Under the pieces are notes generated by a model. That model was not told the DNA's origin and ran no database searches. It was given only the letters and a program-made list of their open reading frames with translations. This document shows positions 46,046-54,896 of a stretch of DNA of 64,000 nucleotides, one piece after another; position 1 is the stretch's first letter; every line of letters starts with the position of its first letter. A program made the translations under genes and the position numbers. Origin of the DNA: Eggerthellaceae bacterium (GTDB lineage: Bacteria > Actinomycetota > Coriobacteriia > Coriobacteriales > Eggerthellaceae); assembly GCA_017431165.1 (NCBI GenBank), contig JAFRLO010000043.1:2797-66796 (forward strand), read 5' to 3'.

Positions 46046-47390
46046 GATCAATGAGACACTCTCGATGATTAACAAGCAGCATCTCGATATCCGCACCATC
46101 ACCTTAGGGTTGAGCCTGCGGGAATGCTGCTCGTCTGATGTCGATGTCCTCGCCACAAAAGTCTACGATCGCATGACCGCAGCCGCCGAAAAGCTCGTGC
46201 CCGTAGCTGAACAACTTGAGCGTGAATTCGGCATTCCCATCGTCAACAAACGCATCTCGGTTACTCCCATTGCCGAGATCAGCGCTGCCGTAACCGCAAA
46301 CGATCTCACCCCCGTTGCCGATGCCATGGACCGGGCAGGCAAAGAGGTCGGCGTCGATTTCATTGGCGGTTTCTCGGCGCTCGTGCACAAAGGTGCAACC
46401 CCAACCGACCGCAAGCTCATGCAATCCATCCCCCATGCGCTGGCAACAACTGACAACGTTTGCTCTTCCGTTAATGTCGCATCCACGCGCGCAGGCATCA
46501 ACATGGATGCCGTATGGGAGATGAGCAACATCATTCTCGATACTGCAAGAGCAACTGAAGAGCGCGACGGAATCGGCTGCGCAAAACTCGTCGTGTTCGC
46601 GAATGCCGTCGAGGACAACCCCTTCATGGCCGGCGCGTTCCATGGATCGGGTGAAGCCGACAAGGTCGTCAACGTCGGCGTTTCGGGTCCTGGCGTGGTG
46701 CGCAATGTGCTTTCCCATCTACCCGAAGATGCAGATATGACCACTGTCGCCGAAGCCATTAAGTCCACAGCGTTCAAGATCACGCGCGCTGGCGAGCTTA
46801 TGGCACGCGAAGCTGCCAAGCGTCTCGGTGTGGCGAAAGGCATTCTCGACCTCTCGCTTGCTCCAACACCTGCAGAAGGCGATTCGGTTGCACAGATTCT
46901 CGAAGCCATCGGCGTGGGAACATGCGGTGGACCGGGCACAACGGCTGCATTAGCCATGCTTAACGATGCCGTGAAGAAAGGCGGCGTTATGGCATCGTCA
47001 TCCGTTGGCGGTCTGTCGGGCGCGTTCATTCCGGTATCGGAAGATGCGGGAATGATCGCAGCTGCGCAAGCAGGCGCCTTGAGCCTCGAAAAGCTCGAGG
47101 CTATGACGTGCGTATGCTCGGTCGGACTCGACATGATTGCAGTGCCAGGTGACATCACCCCCGAAACCATCTTCGGAATTATCGCCGACGAGTGCGCTAT
47201 CGGCGTCATCAACAACAAGACGACTGCCGTACGCTTGATTCCTGCAATTGGCAAGAAGGAAGGCGATATGCTCGACTTCGGCGGCTTGCTCGGCTCGGCC
47301 CCAGTCATGCCGGTAAACCGCTTCGCGGGCGATGTGTTCGCACATCGTGGAGGCCGCTTCCCTGCACCTATCAATTCGTTGAAGAACTAA
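46026..47390 (+). CDS. UPF0210/DUF711 family protein
   Basis: [31 protein letters not shown]... is characteristic of the family. Overlaps the capA-like gene by 20 nt. Confidence 0.85.
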   Translation: MQITPAEINETLSMINKQHLDIRTITLGLSLRECCSSDVDVLATKVYDRMTAAAEKLVPVAEQLEREFGIPIVNKRISVTPIAEISAAVTANDLTPVADAMDRAGKEVGVDFIGGFSALVHKGATPTDRKLMQSIPHALATTDNVCSSVNVASTRAGINMDAVWEMSNIILDTARATEERDGIGCAKLVVFANAVEDNPFMAGAFHGSGEADKVVNVGVSGPGVVRNVLSHLPEDADMTTVAEAIKSTAFKITRAGELMAREAAKRLGVAKGILDLSLAPTPAEGDSVAQILEAIGVGTCGGPGTTAALAMLNDAVKKGGVMASSSVGGLSGAFIPVSEDAGMIAAAQAGALSLEKLEAMTCVCSVGLDMIAVPGDITPETIFGIIADECAIGVINNKTTAVRLIPAIGKKEGDMLDFGGLLGSAPVMPVNRFAGDVFAHRGGRFPAPINSLKN

Positions 47391-47398
47391 GGACCACG

Positions 47399-48805
47399 AT
47401 GCTGGATTCATCGAATCAAACAATGGAGTCGAAAGCCCCTTCTTCAAAAGAGGTTCTGATCAACCCGCGCATGCGCGTGCTCCATGTCATTGGCAAGATG
47501 GATCGGGCTGGTGCCGAAACAATGGTCATGAACCTCATGCGCACAATCGACCAGCACGATGTTACATTCGATTTCCTCGTCCACACGAACGAGACGGCTG
47601 ATTACGATGATGAAATCACTAAACTAGGTGGGCATATCTACCGCGTTCCGGCTTTCACAGTAATCAACCGCCGGGCGTATCGGACCGCTGTCGAGGCGTT
47701 TTTCGATTCTGCCGACCATCCACACTACGACATCGTGCATGGACATATCGGCAGTTGCGCATCGATTTATCTTGATGTCGCACGCAAACATGGCGCGAAA
47801 ACTATCGCACATAGTCACAACATCGACTCAGCTTCGCCACTTTCGGCTGCAGCATATCGATTGTTGACGCGCTCGGTCATCAAATATGCAGATTATTTCA
47901 TTGGCTGCTCGTACGAAGCAGGTGCCAGCCGCTTTGGGCAAGACGTCGTTGATTCGGATAAATTCGAGGTTTTGCTCAACGGCATTAACTGCAAAAACTT
48001 CCGCTTTGATGAGCACAAGCGCAAGCAAATCCGAACAGAACTGGGATTAAGCGCTAACGAATTGCTCATAGGTCACGTAGGACGTTTCAACGAGCAGAAG
48101 AATCACGATTTTCTTCTCGACATATTCGCCGTCGTAAAAGCTCTGCGCGCTGACGCGAAACTCGCTCTTGTCGGTCGAGGCGAGCTTGAAGAAAAAGCCC
48201 GTAGAAAAGCAAAAGCGCTGGGGATTGCCGACAGCGTTCTTTTCTTGGGTATTCGCGAAGATATTCCGCAGCTTCTTTCGGCCTTTGATGTTTTTTCATT
48301 TCCTTCGCGCTACGAGGGCCAGCCCGTTGCGCTGCTCGAAGCCCAAGCTGCCGGACTGCCCTGCGTGATAGCCGATACGATTCCTCCCGTAAGCCATATA
48401 ACCGATGTAGTGTCGGCACTCCCGCTTGCCGATGCGGATATCTGGGCAAACGCAATCGTCTCGGCAGCTGAAAGAACAGGTACCCAATCCGACCGCACAA
48501 AACGCGCCGACGCCATCATTGAGGCTGGCTACGATATCAGCACTTCTTCAGCTCGGCTTATTGCGCGATATGAATCGCTTTTGAATAACACGGAAGAAAG
48601 GGGAATCCACATGAGCGTCAAACTCAATCCTGACAAAGAGATCGTCGCCGTAGTAAGGGAGGGCCTCAAGCGAACTGGTGGTTATTGCCCTTGCAAGATC
48701 GTTCAATCGGAGGACACCAAATGCATGTGCACGGAATTCAAAGAGCAAATCGCCGATCCTGAATTCCATGGCTTCTGCCACTGCATGCTCTACTACAAGG
48801 AATAA
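47399..48805 (+). CDS. family-1 (GT4-type) glycosyltransferase reading in frame into a ferredoxin-thioredoxin-reductase-catalytic-subunit-like module
   Basis: MRVLHVIGKMDRAGAETM... and EX7E (EGQPVALLEAQAAGLP) define the GT. There is no stop before MSVKLNPD...GGYCPCK...CMC...FCHCMLYYKE. The start is uncertain (ATG 47399 with AAGGA, or ATG 47471). Confidence 0.75.
   Translation: MLDSSNQTMESKAPSSKEVLINPRMRVLHVIGKMDRAGAETMVMNLMRTIDQHDVTFDFLVHTNETADYDDEITKLGGHIYRVPAFTVINRRAYRTAVEAFFDSADHPHYDIVHGHIGSCASIYLDVARKHGAKTIAHSHNIDSASPLSAAAYRLLTRSVIKYADYFIGCSYEAGASRFGQDVVDSDKFEVLLNGINCKNFRFDEHKRKQIRTELGLSANELLIGHVGRFNEQKNHDFLLDIFAVVKALRADAKLALVGRGELEEKARRKAKALGIADSVLFLGIREDIPQLLSAFDVFSFPSRYEGQPVALLEAQAAGLPCVIADTIPPVSHITDVVSALPLADADIWANAIVSAAERTGTQSDRTKRADAIIEAGYDISTSSARLIARYESLLNNTEERGIHMSVKLNPDKEIVAVVREGLKRTGGYCPCKIVQSEDTKCMCTEFKEQIADPEFHGFCHCMLYYKE
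48611..48805 (+). CDS. possible internally initiated FTR-catalytic-subunit-like protein (64 aa), nested in frame in the GT ORF
   Basis: GAAAGGGGA SD 6 nt upstream of ATG 48611. CPC...CxC...CHC cysteine pattern. Confidence 0.4.
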   Translation: MSVKLNPDKEIVAVVREGLKRTGGYCPCKIVQSEDTKCMCTEFKEQIADPEFHGFCHCMLYYKE

Positions 48806-48854
48806 CGTATTCCTTTGCTTCGACTGACAAAAAACGCAAACCGCATAAAGTTAA

Positions 48855-48890
48855 AGGCACCGGGGGTTATTGCCCGGTGCCTCGTTTTAA
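48855..48890. terminator. bidirectional intrinsic terminator (GT/FTR gene and asd)
   Basis: 10-bp stem AGGCACCGGG (48855-48864) / CCCGGTGCCT (48873-48882), then CGTTTT. A/T-rich on the other side. Confidence 0.8.
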
Positions 48891-48912
48891 TGAGGATATG
48901 TTCTATTGAGCA

Positions 48913-49965
48913 CTACTCTTTCGGAAGCAGCAGCTTCGCAATCTGCACCGCGTTAAGCGCTGCGCCCTTGCGGATCTGATCGCCGACGCACCAGAAATTC
49001 AGACCATTTTCAACCGTAGGGTCCTTACGCAGGCGACCAACATACACGTCATTAGTACCCTGGAGCAAGCCCGGCATCGGATACACATTGTTAGCCGTGT
49101 CGTCCATCACCGCGACACCCTCGAATGCCTCGAACGCCGCGCGGGCCTGCTCAACCGAAATCGGCTCTGCGAATTCAACGTTCACGGCCTCTGCGTGGCA
49201 ACGCAGGGAAGGCACGCGCACACATGTCGGAGCGACGGCGATATCGGCATGGAAGATCTTCTTGGTCTCTACGACCATCTTCCACTCCTCCTTCGTGGAG
49301 CCGTCTTCTAGGAATACATCGATATGCGGGATGCAGTTGAATGCGATTTGATGGGCAAACGCCTTCACGGTAAGCTCGTCGCCGCGCTTGCCATCAAGGA
49401 ACTCGCGCGTCTGGTCGTACAGCTCTGCCATAGCTGGCGCACCCGCACCGCTGGCAGCCTGATAGGAGGAAACAACAACGCGCTTGACGGGAGCAACATC
49501 GTGAAGCGCTTTCAACGGCAACGACATGATGATAGTCGTGCAGTTAGGATTAGCAATGACGCCGGAATGCCAGCTGATATCATCGGGGTTCACCTCGGGA
49601 ACGATCAGCGGCACATCGTCTTCCATGCGGAATGCGCTGGAATTATCTATCATGACAGCGCCAGCAGCAACTACCGCCTCGCGCATTTGCTTCGACACGC
49701 CCGCACCTGCACTGAACAGGGCGATATCGACGCCCTCGAATGACTCGGGGGTCATCTCCTGTACGGTTAGCTCACCAGCGGGCACCTGGCCGCAACCAGC
49801 GAATTCGATCTTCTTTCCTGCAGAACGCGCAGATGCCAACGCACGTACTTCTGCCGCAGGGAAATCAAGGTCGTGGAGCACATTCATGAACTCCTGCCCT
49901 ACCGCACCGGTAGCACCAGCAACCGCAACAACGGGATGAGCAGGGATTGCTTTCGTCCAAGCCAT
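48913..49965 (-). CDS. asd: aspartate-semialdehyde dehydrogenase
   Basis: VAVAGATGAVGQEF NAD motif and active-site IANPNCTTI. Confidence 0.93.
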   Translation of the reverse strand: MAWTKAIPAHPVVAVAGATGAVGQEFMNVLHDLDFPAAEVRALASARSAGKKIEFAGCGQVPAGELTVQEMTPESFEGVDIALFSAGAGVSKQMREAVVAAGAVMIDNSSAFRMEDDVPLIVPEVNPDDISWHSGVIANPNCTTIIMSLPLKALHDVAPVKRVVVSSYQAASGAGAPAMAELYDQTREFLDGKRGDELTVKAFAHQIAFNCIPHIDVFLEDGSTKEEWKMVVETKKIFHADIAVAPTCVRVPSLRCHAEAVNVEFAEPISVEQARAAFEAFEGVAVMDDTANNVYPMPGLLQGTNDVYVGRLRKDPTVENGLNFWCVGDQIRKGAALNAVQIAKLLLPKE

Positions 49966-50280
49966 AATTAGTTCGTCCTCTTCTCATATATATCGAACCG
50001 AATACCGCATACGCATCGTGCGTATACGGCGATTACGCAACGCTTCAAGGCATCACGTTTGCCTCATTATAGCCACAGTATTTTACAAGACCGTTTCAGA
50101 AGCGCCAAAGCGCTCCATATCGCCCGCAAATCGCAGGAAACCATTTAAGTTTATGCTTTTCGTGCCGATTGGCCGCCATTGGGATGCCGCAAGCTTTGCA
50201 GCAGTATCCTGAAAGCATCGAAGCCCATACGGAGCAAGCAACGATGCGAGATAGCGATTCACATCGAAAGATATAGAAAT

Positions 50281-51243
50281 ATGCCAGCCATCATCTCACA
50301 TTATTTCTTCGGACAAGATGCCTATCAGCATGAAAAAGGCCTCGTCGGGCCTTCGATTGAGGAACGCGATGCGTTTCTTCTCGGCAATCAAGGCCCCGAT
50401 CCCATCTATTTCACGGTACTAGCACCGCCTCTTGCCAAGTACCATACCCTTGCCGTTGACATGCATCACGAAAAAACGAGCGAATTGCTTGCTTCGCTCA
50501 AGCAATCCTTAGAAACCCTATCGGAAGAAGATCGCGCAATCGGCAATGCGTATGCACTGGGTTTTTTGTGCCACTATATGCTTGATGCGAACGTTCATCC
50601 CTTGGTCTACGCGCAGCAATATGCATATTGCTCGGCTGGAGAACCAGACTTGGAAGCCAAAGACTCCCATGAGGTTCATGCAACCATCGAGAGCGAACTC
50701 GACGAGGTTATGCTCTATCGGAGAACAGGCAAGACTATCCACGATTTCTCTCCTGAAAAAGAAGCGTTGCATGCAAACGGCCGCGTTTTATCAATCGCAT
50801 CGCGGATGTATCTGTTTATGGCTCTAACAACGTATCAGAGAGTCATCCCCGCACGACTATTCTCTCGAGCTGTCGCATGCTATCGTCTCGGACTACGTGC
50901 CCTCAGGTCACCACGCGGCATCAAGCGCACAGTCCTTTCACGCGTAGAACAAAGATTCCGCGCATACTCCTTCTACGGCTCGATGAGCCATCGTGCCATC
51001 GAGTTAGAAAACAGCGCGTTCGAAAACCAGAGCCATAAAACATGGGAAGATCCTTTCAAAGAGATGGCGCGCAGCGAAAGCTTCGAGGACCTCTTCGAAT
51101 GCGCACTGGCTAAAGCTCATCTGAGTCTAGCTGCCTTCAGTCAGGCATCGTTCGATGTCGATTCTGCGCGTCAGATAACGAAAGACTTGAATTTTTTGGG
51201 CGAATCTACCGTTCCAACACTGCTTGTTGTCGAAAATGAATAG
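50281..51243 (+). CDS. zinc-dependent phospholipase C-like family protein
   Basis: ORF trimmed to ATG 50281. N-terminus MPAIISHYFFGQDAY and His-rich motifs (DMHHEK, CHYMLDANVHP). The family call is from memory. Confidence 0.55.
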   Translation: MPAIISHYFFGQDAYQHEKGLVGPSIEERDAFLLGNQGPDPIYFTVLAPPLAKYHTLAVDMHHEKTSELLASLKQSLETLSEEDRAIGNAYALGFLCHYMLDANVHPLVYAQQYAYCSAGEPDLEAKDSHEVHATIESELDEVMLYRRTGKTIHDFSPEKEALHANGRVLSIASRMYLFMALTTYQRVIPARLFSRAVACYRLGLRALRSPRGIKRTVLSRVEQRFRAYSFYGSMSHRAIELENSAFENQSHKTWEDPFKEMARSESFEDLFECALAKAHLSLAAFSQASFDVDSARQITKDLNFLGESTVPTLLVVENE

Positions 51244-51367
51244 CATTTGGCTGGAAACAATACAGCTCATAAAGCGCATTTGCTATAGTGATAGCGTTTT
51301 CGCGCCGCACACATTAACGGCAGCGAGAGCCACGTATGTACCATTCGTTGTCGGCTAAAGGAAATCT

Positions 51368-52645
51368 ATGTCATTGATTGTGGCGAAATTCGGCGGCACC
51401 TCGGTTGCTTCACCCGAGCGCATCCAGATGGTTGCCAAACGTCTCATCGCGAAACGCCAAGCTGGTGACCAGGTTGTTGCTGTCGTATCAGCAATGGGAA
51501 AAACCACCGATGAGCTCATCGGCCTGGCTGCAGCGGTGAACGATAATCCCCCCGCCCGCGAAATGGATCGCCTGCTTTCAACGGGCGAACAAGTTAGCAT
51601 GACGCTGCTCGCTATGGCAATCGAGTCGAAGGGCTATAAGGCCATGAGCTTCACGGGTCGTCAAGCGGGCATCGAAACCGATGGCATGCATGCCAAGGCG
51701 AAAATCATCAAGGTCCATAACGAACGCATCATGGATGCCCTGAATCGGGGCTACATCCCCGTTGTCGCCGGTTTCCAGGGCATTGATCCCAATGGCGATA
51801 TGACCACGCTTGGACGCGGCGGGTCTGACACCACTGCCGTTGCCGTCGCGTGGGGAATCGGCGCCGATGTGTGTGAAATCTATTCTGACGTCGATGGCGT
51901 ATACACGGCAGACCCGCGTGTATGCCCGCGCGCAAAGAAGCTCGATGCGATCTCGTATGATGACATGCTCGAGCTTTCCGCCGCCGGCGCAGGCGTATTG
52001 CAAATGCGCGCTGTCGAGTTCGCCCGCAAATGGGGCGTAGTCATCCACTCCCGTTCTGCATTCTCTGATGCAGAAGGCACCTATATCAAGGAGGACCCAG
52101 CTATGGAAGAAGCGGTCATCACCGGAATCGCCCACGACACGTCTGAAGTCAAAATCACATTGCGCCAAGTACCTGATATGACCGGCGTTGCGGCAAAATT
52201 GTTCAGTGGACTTGCAGCAGATATGGTCAGCGTCGACATGATCATCCAAAACATCTCCGAGGATGGCTTCACAGACATCAGCTTCACGTGCCCGAAAGCC
52301 GATCTCGACCGCGCTCGCAATACTCTCGAGCGCATCGTGCCCGAGCTCAACGCACGCGAATACGTCGTCGATACCAACATCGCAAAGGTCAGCCTTGTCG
52401 GCACGGGAATGAAGTCTTCGCCCGGTGTCGCAGCATTGGCCTTCAGCACGCTTGGCGAAAACAACATCAACATCCTCGCCATCTCAACGTCACCCATCCG
52501 CTTATCCGTCGTGGTCGAGCAATCTCAAGCCACCGAAGCGGTACGCTGCCTCCATCATGCTTTCGGTCTCGATTCCGATAGCATCTTCGAGGAAACGCAG
52601 CTCTCTGCCGAGGAAATCGCCGCCAAGATGGCCAAGGGACGTTAA
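51368..52645 (+). CDS. lysC: aspartate kinase
   Basis: MSLIVAKFGGTSVASPERI..., two C-terminal ACT domains, AAAGGAA SD. Confidence 0.93.
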   Translation: MSLIVAKFGGTSVASPERIQMVAKRLIAKRQAGDQVVAVVSAMGKTTDELIGLAAAVNDNPPAREMDRLLSTGEQVSMTLLAMAIESKGYKAMSFTGRQAGIETDGMHAKAKIIKVHNERIMDALNRGYIPVVAGFQGIDPNGDMTTLGRGGSDTTAVAVAWGIGADVCEIYSDVDGVYTADPRVCPRAKKLDAISYDDMLELSAAGAGVLQMRAVEFARKWGVVIHSRSAFSDAEGTYIKEDPAMEEAVITGIAHDTSEVKITLRQVPDMTGVAAKLFSGLAADMVSVDMIIQNISEDGFTDISFTCPKADLDRARNTLERIVPELNAREYVVDTNIAKVSLVGTGMKSSPGVAALAFSTLGENNINILAISTSPIRLSVVVEQSQATEAVRCLHHAFGLDSDSIFEETQLSAEEIAAKMAKGR

Positions 52646-52668
52646 TCCCGACGATTGAGCTGCTGCGC

Positions 52669-53448
52669 TTGACGAGGAGAATCTCAAAAACACGCTTAGA
52701 CGACCTCTTGGTCGAACTAGGTTATTTCCCAGACACCGATACCGCACTTCGAGCCGTTTTAGCACGGGAAGTCCGCGTGAACGACGTCTACGCAACGAGC
52801 GCTGCGCTCATGGTTGCACCCGATGCAGACATTTTCATTAAGACGAAAGCTCATGGCAAGAAAACTGATTCGCGGCGTTTCGTTTCACGCGGTGGCTTTA
52901 AATTGCAAGCTGCGCTCGATACGTTCGATCAAGACGTAACAGGATTGCGCTGCATCGATGTCGGTTCTTCCACAGGGGGCTTCACTGACTGCCTCCTTCA
53001 AGCGGGAGCCGCAAGCGTAACATGCGTTGATGTGAATTACGGTCAACTAGCCTGGAGCTTGCGCCAAGATGAACGGGTGAGCGTTTTCGAACGTACCAAC
53101 ATCAAAACCGCAAATAAGGAAGAGCTTGGTGCGCCGTTCGATTTGATCGTTGCAGACGTGAGCTTTATTGGGCTCGCTTCCCTTGCTCCAGAGTTCGCAC
53201 GGCTCAGCGCCGAAGGAACGGTTTTCATCGGGCTTGTTAAACCTCAATTCGAATCTCGTCATGATGAAACCGACCACGGTGTAGTTCGCGATCCTGCAAT
53301 TCGCGCTCGAACAGTCTCTGAGGTTTCCGAGGCACTCGAAGCGAACGGTTTCAGCATCACGGATGTCACACAGTCTCCCATCACAGGACCTAAGGGGAAC
53401 GTGGAATTCCTCGTGCGCGGCATCATGACTGCATATCCGACAGCCTGA
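52669..53448 (+). CDS. tlyA: TlyA-family rRNA (cytidine-2'-O)-methyltransferase
   Basis: S4-like N-terminus RLDDLLVELG, FVSRGGFKL, SAM motif IDVGSSTGGFTDCLLQ. TTG start, uncertain. Confidence 0.85.
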   Translation: MTRRISKTRLDDLLVELGYFPDTDTALRAVLAREVRVNDVYATSAALMVAPDADIFIKTKAHGKKTDSRRFVSRGGFKLQAALDTFDQDVTGLRCIDVGSSTGGFTDCLLQAGAASVTCVDVNYGQLAWSLRQDERVSVFERTNIKTANKEELGAPFDLIVADVSFIGLASLAPEFARLSAEGTVFIGLVKPQFESRHDETDHGVVRDPAIRARTVSEVSEALEANGFSITDVTQSPITGPKGNVEFLVRGIMTAYPTA

Positions 53449-53454
53449 TTCCCT

Positions 53455-53488
53455 ATCAAAAAAGAAACCGCGCGACTATGCGCGCGGT
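53455..53488 (-). terminator. intrinsic terminator downstream of the DUF47 gene
   Basis: Stem ACCGCGCG (53467-53474) / CGCGCGGT (53481-53488). On the minus-strand RNA it is followed by UUUCUUUUUU. Confidence 0.7.
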
Positions 53489-53519
53489 CGATGAAAACTA
53501 TTTTTAGATACGTGTTGCC

Positions 53520-54149
53520 TTACGAATTCTTCAGGTACACCGTGCTCATAACGTCAGCGACATGCTCGGTTGCATCGGAGCACTTTTCCATGCGGTTGAA
53601 GATGTCTGCCCACACATGCGCAACAAGCGGCTTGTCGCGATATGTTTTGAAGAGCTTGCGGATGGTCTGCAAATACAACTGGTCGGCTTCCTCTTCGTAG
53701 TCGTTCACGTTCACGATGTATTCTCGGTACATCCTGTTTTTCTTGAAGTTGCGGAAATTGCCCATGGCGATATCGAGCGCTTCGCAGCTATTCTTGATGA
53801 GCTTTGCGAAATCGAGCGCATCTTCCTGCATGAACTGGATATCGTACATGTAGAAGCACTGGAACACGTCCTCAAGATAATCGAGCACGTTGTCAAGGTT
53901 CTGAGTGATGCCAACCAGATCCTCACGCTCGAGCGGCGTGATGAAATCCGTCGCAATATTCGTGAATATCTCGTGATTGATCACATCGCCGCGATGTTCA
54001 AGCTCGTGAGCTTTCGTAACGTGCGGAAGCAAGTTGTCGGGCGTGGTGTACTCCTCGATAGCCTGTATCAGCAAATCAGCCTCTTCAACAGCAAGGTGAG
54101 TGAGCTGCTCGAACGCACTGAAATAATCGAATTTATCTTTCTTCGCCAT
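53520..54149 (-). CDS. DUF47 family protein (PhoU-like, phosphate-transport-regulator-related)
   Basis: ORF trimmed to ATG 54149 (GGAGCGGAGA upstream). KFDYFSAFEQL...AHELEHRGDVINHEI...FITPLEREDL. Confidence 0.82.
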   Translation of the reverse strand: MAKKDKFDYFSAFEQLTHLAVEEADLLIQAIEEYTTPDNLLPHVTKAHELEHRGDVINHEIFTNIATDFITPLEREDLVGITQNLDNVLDYLEDVFQCFYMYDIQFMQEDALDFAKLIKNSCEALDIAMGNFRNFKKNRMYREYIVNVNDYEEEADQLYLQTIRKLFKTYRDKPLVAHVWADIFNRMEKCSDATEHVADVMSTVYLKNS

Positions 54150-54241
54150 TCTCCGCTCCAATCGCCGTAGTTAAACATACAGGCTCATGTTCAGTGTACC
54201 GCATCAGACTATTATACGCTGCTGCGTTTTACGCTTTACCT

Positions 54242-54895
54242 TCAACAGTACCTTTCGAAAACACGCATACGCTCGGCATCGATAGTGGTTGGATTCCCAT
54301 GTCCGGGAAGCACGATGGTCTCGTCTTGCAAAGCCGCCAAGCGTGCAAGCGATCGCCTCATTGCCTGGAAATCACCGCCTTCGAAATCAGTACGCCCAAT
54401 CGTTCCCTCGAAAAGCGTATCTCCGGAAACGAGAATGGAAGCCGATGCATCATCAACGCCGCATGCGCGGGCATCCTCAAGTAAAAAGCATGTGCTGCCT
54501 TGTGAATGACCAGGCGTAATCATGACTTTCCACGTCATATTGCCGATAGTGAGCAAATCGCCATCGCTCACCACGTGATCCACGGGACACGGCTCAACGC
54601 CATGGCGGGAATTCCAAGATGGATTACTCCCGTTGATCAATGGCTCTTCCGCAGCGGATGCATATACGGGTGCCCCTGTTGCCGTTCTTAATGCGGCAAG
54701 GGCTCCGATATGGTCATAATGAGCATGCGTCACGAAGATCGCATCTGGCGTACGGCCATCGAGAAATGCGAGAATATCCTTCTCCTGGCAACTCGGATCG
54801 ACGAGCACCATACTCGAACCATCGCTGATCAGATAAACGTTGTTAGCTATCGGACCTAGAACGATTCGCTCAATGCTAACGCACGGAGAAGTCAT
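54242..54895 (-). CDS. MBL-fold metallo-hydrolase (hydroxyacylglutathione-hydrolase-like)
   Basis: ORF trimmed to ATG 54895 (AAGGAGA upstream, 1 nt after the rel stop). IFVTHAHYDHIG motif. Confidence 0.85.
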   Translation of the reverse strand: MTSPCVSIERIVLGPIANNVYLISDGSSMVLVDPSCQEKDILAFLDGRTPDAIFVTHAHYDHIGALAALRTATGAPVYASAAEEPLINGSNPSWNSRHGVEPCPVDHVVSDGDLLTIGNMTWKVMITPGHSQGSTCFLLEDARACGVDDASASILVSGDTLFEGTIGRTDFEGGDFQAMRRSLARLAALQDETIVLPGHGNPTTIDAERMRVFERYC

Positions 54896-54896
54896 A

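Noticed and set aside
46163-47374. 403-aa minus-strand ORF antisense to the DUF711 gene, and similar antisense ORFs at 894..2042, 55875..56927, 62237..63433 and 10856..11521
   Set aside because: All lie opposite well-supported genes, have biased Ala/Arg/Ser/Pro-rich translations, and lack ribosome-binding sites.
51244-51367. Lysine riboswitch (L-box) upstream of aspartate kinase
   Set aside because: Only 124 nt are available and no multi-stem L-box architecture is evident.
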